Source: Candidatus Altiarchaeales archaeon
GTDB lineage: Archaea; Altiarchaeota; Altiarchaeia; IMC4; SCGC-AAA252-I15
Assembly: GCA_014727915.1 (NCBI GenBank)
Contig: WJMO01000008.1
Coordinates: 21,869-85,868 of the forward strand
Reading direction: 5' to 3'
DNA length: 64,000 nucleotides
Position numbers and translations under genes: made by a program. The notes below the pieces were generated by a model. It did not search any database. It worked only from the letters and a program-made list of their open reading frames with translations, and had not been told where the DNA came from. Shown one piece after another: positions 58,836 to 64,000 of the stretch (position 1 is its first letter; each line of letters begins with the position of its first letter).

Positions 58836-58892
58836 GCAATTTCAAGGACCGCCTGTACTGTGGAGTATGCGGCATAAAAAGGAGGTGAAAAC

Positions 58893-59117
58893 ATGAGAAA
58901 AAATATGGCTGCAATAGCGGCTTTAGCCCTTTTTGCAGCGGTCGTGGCAGCCCACTCAAACGATGGAGGGTGGGACTACGACGATGGAGACTGGCACATA
59001 GCCCATATGATTGAACACCATGCTAGCATGGGCCAATGGGTGGAAGACCACGAGGGTGCGGACTGGCACGACCACATGGACGAGCCATACCATATGATGG
59101 GTTGGGGATGCCATTGA
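58893..59117 (+). CDS. small secreted Met/His/Trp/Asp-rich peptide (putative metal-binding)
   Basis: Strong SD AAAGGAGGTG 6 nt upstream. Signal peptide MRKNMAAIAALALFAAVVAA. The mature ~52 aa contain ~10 His, 6 Trp and multiple Met/Asp (HMIEHH, HDHMDEPYHMMGWGCH). Confidence 0.5.
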   Translation: MRKNMAAIAALALFAAVVAAHSNDGGWDYDDGDWHIAHMIEHHASMGQWVEDHEGADWHDHMDEPYHMMGWGCH

Positions 59118-59249
59118 GGAGGAAGATGAGGTGAAAGGGGGTGATATGAAAGGGGAGCATGATGAGTGGGGGGCTGAGGGCTTCTTCGCTCTGCCAACCG
59201 GCGGAGAAGCTCCCAGCCATAACCCCCCCCCCGGCAAAACCGCATGTTT

Positions 59250-60014
59250 TCAAGGTGTTCCTGTTCGCCAGATTATCTTTATGGCCAGGAGGCACTGGCT
59301 CATCAGGTCATGGTCTTCGACCTTGTAGCAGAGGCCGATGTCCTCGGATGCTACTGCGACACGGGCTACGCACATGTCCATGTAGTTGTCCTGCGTTATC
59401 ATCTCACATATGCGGAGGTTCTTCTTCTCCGTCGCAAGGTTTATGTAGCATAGTTCCCTGAACCTTATGTCCTCCCTTTCCCCGCACTCCTTCAGAGCGT
59501 CCGGTTCCGGGAGGGTGTAGACGTCGCTTATGCACGTGTCATAGAGCATCAGCTCGAGACTGGCGTATGACTTCCCGATCTTGGTGTCGTCGCATATGAG
59601 GTGCTCCCCGCAGTCGACGGTGCCGGCCTCATACACTATTACCCCGCTCAGGCAATCCAAAAGCACATGAGAGACGCCGTCACCCCCATCATCGTCTTCG
59701 TCGTCAACGGTGTCGTTTCCAACTTCAGGCTCTTCACCGGCCTCATTGCCCAACTCAGTCAGGTTGAACGGGAGCAAGGCATTGGACAGGGTGGCCGTCG
59801 TTGAAGTGGACATTGAAGGTGACAAGGTGGTTGAAGGCAGCGAAGTGAGAGTCGATATCGTGGATGTAGGTGGGACAACCCCCTCATACTCGGCAGTGCC
59901 GGAGGACTCCTCGTAGAAGTAAGCCCCATAGAGGATGAAACCCGCCAACGCAGCCAATAGGAGGATGAAACCCGCCATGAACCAGAGTAGCAGCTTGGGA
60001 GAGTTCAAATCCAT
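59250..60014 (-). CDS. membrane-anchored extracytoplasmic protein with Ser/Thr linker and Cys-rich domain
   Basis: N-terminal TM region, S/T-rich linker, acidic stretch DDEDDDGGDG, and a ~10-Cys C-terminal domain. Confidence 0.55.
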   Translation of the reverse strand: MDLNSPKLLLWFMAGFILLLAALAGFILYGAYFYEESSGTAEYEGVVPPTSTISTLTSLPSTTLSPSMSTSTTATLSNALLPFNLTELGNEAGEEPEVGNDTVDDEDDDGGDGVSHVLLDCLSGVIVYEAGTVDCGEHLICDDTKIGKSYASLELMLYDTCISDVYTLPEPDALKECGEREDIRFRELCYINLATEKKNLRICEMITQDNYMDMCVARVAVASEDIGLCYKVEDHDLMSQCLLAIKIIWRTGTP

Positions 60015-60115
60015 TATGGAATCCTATGAGACTAGGAGGATAAAACCGGACGTATAAAGTGGGCTAATGGGCGTTTGCGGCTCTTTTTTATCTGTTCTGC
60101 CTAGTTTGTTGTCCT

Positions 60116-60637
60116 ATGAGCAGGCTAGAAAGGATAGGCAGGGAGGAGATCGAAGAGAACAAAAGACCAGACAACGGTCCAAGCCTTATAATACCCATAA
60201 TAGCCTTTTCAGCCCTGGTTTTGGTGGGTTTTTTCGTGTTGTCTGGGAGCGCCTTCGCGGTGGCTGTTTACGAGTCGGCGACCACAACAACGACAACATC
60301 CACAACAAGCACTTCAACGTCGACCACGACAACAACATCGTCCACCGCATCCACTACTGTGACTTCAACAACAACGACTTCGACCACCGCCACCACAACG
60401 ACGACCACTTCGACAACCCTGTGTGGGGGCTACTTCGAGCAGCCCTGCGTTGTTGAGAGACCATGCAACATAGGCTATGTTGAGAACAGCAGGGGTGTGT
60501 GCGTACCCTACGAGTGCGCGCAGACCAGCGAGAGCGGCAACCCTGGATGCGGCAGCCAAAACCTGAACCTGCCAGACAACTGGTGCCAGCCAGGCGGGCA
60601 CAACCCGTTCTCGACTAGGAGGACCTCTCTGCTCTAG
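60116..60637 (+). CDS. membrane-anchored protein with poly-Thr linker and Cys-rich domain
   Basis: TM anchor, ~55-aa Thr/Ser tract, then a 10-Cys domain. Confidence 0.55.
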   Translation: MSRLERIGREEIEENKRPDNGPSLIIPIIAFSALVLVGFFVLSGSAFAVAVYESATTTTTTSTTSTSTSTTTTTSSTASTTVTSTTTTSTTATTTTTTSTTLCGGYFEQPCVVERPCNIGYVENSRGVCVPYECAQTSESGNPGCGSQNLNLPDNWCQPGGHNPFSTRRTSLL

Positions 60638-62514
60638 GATGCGGATGTGGCCACGGAGTTCTCGTTGTTGGATTCTTCGCATTCGACAATTGCGTTCCCA
60701 TAGTCTGCGGTGGCTGTGAACGTGTAGGTGGTCGTCCACCAGCTCAACCCATCGCAGGTCTTCCCCGATACGGTGGCGAACTTGCTGAAGTATATGGTCT
60801 TCGTGCCGCTGACCGCCCCGGCAGCCAACGACTCTATCGAAGCAGTGTCCGATTCAGCAGCCGGGGAAAGCGACACCCTGGCTGTGGAGGCGGGGGCGGA
60901 TGCGTCGCCGATGTTCCTTATCTTGATGTTGGCCGTGGCCGAGAGGGAGCAGTCGGTGGTGCATGCCTCCCCTTTGCATGTGGTGCTCTGGGAAAGGCTA
61001 ACGCTGCCCTGCAGTGAAGTGACTATGAGGTCGGGGCATAGGCATGCGTAGCATGGCCCGCCCTGGTATGGGGTGCAAGCCCAGCCGGGCCGGTTGCATT
61101 CCCCGTCGCAGTTGCTGTTGTCGTAGAGGCTGCCTCCGCAGGATATCCTAACGTCCACGCATACCCAGCACTGGGCGGCCTCGTTGTACTGGCAGTAGTC
61201 GGGCTCATGGCATCCGAGGTTGCACAGCTGCTGTGTGGAGCTCATGCCCTGCTGCTCGCAGGTAAGGGCTGCCCCCACGGTTGTTGTGGTGGGTGTCTGT
61301 TCCTGGAGGGTCGTGGACGGTATCGCATCCTGTACTGTCGTGGTTGTGGTCGTGTCAGGTATGACGTCGACGCACTGGCCCTGCCAGCAGTATCCCGGGT
61401 CACAGTCCTCCAGGGGAGGCAATATCTGCCCGCCCCGGGTTATCCCCGAAGTCTTCTCCTTGCACTGGGCGCCGGGCGTGCCTGGTTTGCTGCAGTAGGG
61501 AGTGTACTTCTGCTCGTAGACGTCCTGGTTGTAGCATACCAGTTTAGTGTAGGCTTCCCCGCAGTCGGCGCTGCTGAAGCACCCTATTGACATCTCGCAC
61601 TTGTAGCATTCGGTACCCTCCTCCCTGACGCAGTCATATCCTTTCGCGCAGTTGCCTCCGCAATCTGAGGGTACGTAGGTGTCTCCGGGGCATATGTGCT
61701 TGCAGTAGTAGCAGTCGTTCACGGTCAGCTCGCAGACTTCATGGTCCGGGTCGCAGGTCCTGAGGCATTCGTCTTTGGTTTCGAAGTGTGTGTCCAGGCA
61801 CCCGCATTCCCTGTCTGTCTGGCATTTGTCGTGTCCTCCAACGTAGGTTTTAACGCATTTTCTGTTCACGCAGTCCATGTGCCAGCAGTCCTCGTCCTGG
61901 CGGCATGTGCTGTCCCCTCTCCCTTCGACAGGCTGGCAGCTGCCTTCAACGCACTCGTAATGCCATGGTTCGATGCACTTGCACCCTATGCAGGCCATCC
62001 CAGGGTCAGGGCAGGGTATCTCCTTGTTCAGGGTGCCTTCTACAGAGAATGCGCTCATAAGGTTCTTGTCGCATTCCTCGAAGGGCTTGTCCAAAACCCC
62101 GTTCCCGCAGAGTTCCAGCTCGCAATCACGGTCGTCCTCGCATAGGTCGTCGCCGTCCCCGGGGACCAGCACGCATTTGGCGTCCACGCAGTCGTAGTGG
62201 GCTTCCTCCGTGCACCTGCACGCACTGGTGCATAGCACGCCCTCGGGGCAGGGGTAGACTCTGCCCTTGCCTGTGGCCTCCAACCCGTATTTGGGGTGGT
62301 CGGCGAGGTCGCACTGCTCCCCGTCTGATAGGTAACCGTCGCCGCAGACCCTCATCACCTTCCAGTCGTCGGGGTCGCCGCCGGGTGTGTAATCATCTTC
62401 GGGCACGTCAAGTTCGAGCTTCGGAGGCTCCACGACAACAGGGCCTATGCATGTGGGACCCACACAGCCAGAGGATAGTATGATGAAAGCCAGGATTATC
62501 GAAACACCGCGCAT
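60634..62514 (-). CDS. secreted Cys-rich multi-module protein with C-terminal CARDB-like domain
   Basis: Signal peptide MRGVSIILAFIILSSGCVG. Dozens of Cys in repeated C-x-C modules. Thr-rich linkers. C-terminal ...IKIRNIGDASAPAS...YTFTATADYGNAIVECEESNNENS matches the CARDB pattern. Confidence 0.6.
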   Translation of the reverse strand: MRGVSIILAFIILSSGCVGPTCIGPVVVEPPKLELDVPEDDYTPGGDPDDWKVMRVCGDGYLSDGEQCDLADHPKYGLEATGKGRVYPCPEGVLCTSACRCTEEAHYDCVDAKCVLVPGDGDDLCEDDRDCELELCGNGVLDKPFEECDKNLMSAFSVEGTLNKEIPCPDPGMACIGCKCIEPWHYECVEGSCQPVEGRGDSTCRQDEDCWHMDCVNRKCVKTYVGGHDKCQTDRECGCLDTHFETKDECLRTCDPDHEVCELTVNDCYYCKHICPGDTYVPSDCGGNCAKGYDCVREEGTECYKCEMSIGCFSSADCGEAYTKLVCYNQDVYEQKYTPYCSKPGTPGAQCKEKTSGITRGGQILPPLEDCDPGYCWQGQCVDVIPDTTTTTTVQDAIPSTTLQEQTPTTTTVGAALTCEQQGMSSTQQLCNLGCHEPDYCQYNEAAQCWVCVDVRISCGGSLYDNSNCDGECNRPGWACTPYQGGPCYACLCPDLIVTSLQGSVSLSQSTTCKGEACTTDCSLSATANIKIRNIGDASAPASTARVSLSPAAESDTASIESLAAGAVSGTKTIYFSKFATVSGKTCDGLSWWTTTYTFTATADYGNAIVECEESNNENSVATSAS

Positions 62515-62560
62515 AGCCTAAACCACCGGTAAGGACATGCGAAAAAAACAATAAAAATGG

Positions 62561-62986
62561 CTATACCCCGCAGGTGGTCACCATTATGGTACCGTCCGCG
62601 GCTACCGTGTAGACTTCCTCCCCGCCGCCCTCGTCCTCTGCGAAAACGTTATAGAACACCGGGTTCAGCTTTACGGCATAGTCAACCGTCAATCCCTCGT
62701 TCCCCTGGCTCAGATAATCTCTGACAGCTTCCTCCGCCTCTTCCTCGGATTTTATCTCGCCGCTGCCTCCCTCTAATATGGCTCCGTCGGGCCCGACTGG
62801 ATGGCACCAGCACTGGTCCACCATGCACTCGAACAGGGCGCAGACGTCGTCAACGTCGCCGGCGCACCGTTCAGGCACCACCGCCGACTCGATCCCCCCA
62901 TAGAATGTAGAATCCTCCTTCCCCCGCCAGTCATACAGGCAGCCTGAGAACAGCACCAGGAACACAAGGAAGCCCGCGAACCTCAT
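62561..62986 (-). CDS. small secreted/lipoprotein-like Cys-containing protein
   Basis: Signal MRFAGFLVFLVLFSGC. 141 aa, acidic, 8 Cys. Confidence 0.5.
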   Translation of the reverse strand: MRFAGFLVFLVLFSGCLYDWRGKEDSTFYGGIESAVVPERCAGDVDDVCALFECMVDQCWCHPVGPDGAILEGGSGEIKSEEEAEEAVRDYLSQGNEGLTVDYAVKLNPVFYNVFAEDEGGGEEVYTVAADGTIMVTTCGV

Positions 62987-63037
62987 AGCGGTTAATCCAT
63001 TAAACCTGAGAGCATTAAAATAACGTGGATATTGCAG

Positions 63038-63646
63038 CTAGCGTTTTGACCTTACCCTATCCAGCACATCCTTTGGGGGGGTCACTCCTCCGAAGTCTGC
63101 TATGACCGCGACAACGCCGAGTTCATCGTCTCTGACCGGGCAGAAACTGTCGTTTCTCACTATCCAACCGTGTGCTCTCGCAGACCTCATCTGACGCTCC
63201 ATGTCGGCGTTGAAGTCCTGCAGTTCCTGTCTGTTCAAGTCCGTGGGTTCGTCGAATAGTGAGACGACAAGGCGTGGCTTCTTTTCCCCGGCATCCCGCA
63301 ACCTGATGGTTGGCAGGATGTTCAAACCCATATCCTGTTCCCTGTTAGACGCGATGAGCTCTCTCATCACCCCATGCTGAAGCCGTGGGTTCTCACTGGT
63401 TGAGATATCATCCGAATGGCGGGTCTTGAACCTCTTCTCCGCGAACCGCCTCTTATGAGTCTTGCCATGTCGGTTGAGCGTCACTTCCACCTCGTACACG
63501 TCACATTCCACACCCTCATCCGAGATAAGGCCCTTGACCTCTATAGACTCCGCCTCCACCGTCTTCAAACCACCCTTCAAAACCCGATGCTTAGCTCTCA
63601 TCGCTTGGTTTAATACAAGCCAGCACAGGTTTATATCATAGTCCAC
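63038..63646 (-). CDS. hypothetical protein
   Basis: 202-aa basic ORF. Start may be the internal MRAKHRV. No motif. Confidence 0.4.
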   Translation of the reverse strand: MDYDINLCWLVLNQAMRAKHRVLKGGLKTVEAESIEVKGLISDEGVECDVYEVEVTLNRHGKTHKRRFAEKRFKTRHSDDISTSENPRLQHGVMRELIASNREQDMGLNILPTIRLRDAGEKKPRLVVSLFDEPTDLNRQELQDFNADMERQMRSARAHGWIVRNDSFCPVRDDELGVVAVIADFGGVTPPKDVLDRVRSKR

Positions 63647-63682
63647 CCCCCACAGTTAATAATAAAATAACAATATTCTTAC

Positions 63683-64000
63683 ATGAGAGCATACTCTCAC
63701 TTCATCTCACTTATCCTGGTTATCATCCTCTCCCAGCACGCCAATGCAGTAACATACTATTGCATGTGGAGTTGGCCGCAGAAGGTGATCGTGAAGGACA
63801 CTGGCGAGGTTGTAAGGGCATGCGATGGCGTCCGCCCCTACTGCAACAAAGACGCCGCATTAGAGGGGAGGGTGCAATGCTGCAGATACGACGACAACAC
63901 GAAGGAATACTACGACTGCATTCCGGTGGCTGATACGACGACCACTATAACGTCATTCGAGAAGCGGGTGACAACAACCACGTCAAATCTGTTCACACAG
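63683..64000 (+). CDS. partial secreted Cys-rich protein (continues beyond window end)
   Basis: MRAYSHFISLILVIILSQHANA signal peptide, then a Cys-rich segment and a Thr tract. Runs off the window, so absent from the ORF track. Confidence 0.5.
   Translation, partial: MRAYSHFISLILVIILSQHANAVTYYCMWSWPQKVIVKDTGEVVRACDGVRPYCNKDAALEGRVQCCRYDDNTKEYYDCIPVADTTTTITSFEKRVTTTTSNLFTQ

Noticed and set aside
59131-59461. Two overlapping + strand ORFs (59131..59328, 59159..59461)
   Set aside because: Gly/Pro/Arg-rich shadow frames overlapping the end of the convincing - strand gene 59250..60014.
60280-60420. ACA/ACG/ACT trinucleotide-rich tract resembling a microsatellite
   Set aside because: It is in-frame coding sequence for a poly-Thr/Ser linker of the anchored protein 60116..60637, not a non-coding repeat or CRISPR array.
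1-64000. CRISPR arrays, tRNA genes, transposases/integrases, restriction-modification or toxin-antitoxin pairs
   Set aside because: No regularly spaced direct repeats. No cloverleaf-compatible segments in the intergenic gaps inspected. No ORF with integrase, transposase, methyltransferase-endonuclease or small paired TA features was seen.

Overview
This is a dense, GC-rich archaeal chromosomal window with about 75 genes. Evidence for archaeal origin includes archaeosine tRNA-guanine transglycosylase, class I HMG-CoA reductase, archaeal-type myo-inositol-1-phosphate synthase, diphthine synthase, Elp3, Hel308, RFC large subunit and aMBF1. Many genes have a TATA-like box about 25-30 nt upstream of the ATG, consistent with leaderless mRNAs. 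A stand-alone 5S rRNA at ~49826-49945, not linked to 16S/23S, closely resembles Thermoplasma 5S in its 5' and 3' ends, so a Thermoplasmata-like lineage is likely. That lineage assignment is inference only. Positions 1-57500 are mostly housekeeping genes: gatA, pdxS/pdxT, ksgA, serS, tgtA, hmgA, map, rtcA, tmk, rfcL, pgk, hel308, ttuA-like, dph5 and elp3. Interspersed are KaiC-like signal-transduction ATPases, CBS proteins and transporters. The last ~6.5 kb (57.5-64 kb) is an accessory-looking island containing a polytopic membrane protein with two winged-HTH domains, a long AT-rich leader, a small Met/His/Trp-rich secreted peptide, and at least five secreted or anchored Cys-rich proteins with Thr/Ser linkers, one carrying a CARDB-like domain. 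The most notable observations are listed here. (1) A translationally coupled KaiC-like ATPase plus membrane-anchored P-loop-less KaiC-like (DUF835-like) pair. (2) A signal-peptide/TM-anchored wHTH protein immediately upstream of a 926-aa acidic surface (S-layer-like) protein that has a long SD-containing 5'UTR and a hairpin/T-run terminator. (3) A probable integration scar at the 3' end of the inositol-phosphate synthase gene, where a diverged 3'-end duplicate sits next to an ORF with atypical codon usage. (4) A lysine-rich/Cys-rich small protein divergent from a YkgJ-type Cys-cluster protein. No CRISPR arrays, tRNAs or recognisable transposases were found. All calls are from reading the sequence and ORF translations; nothing was searched against a database.
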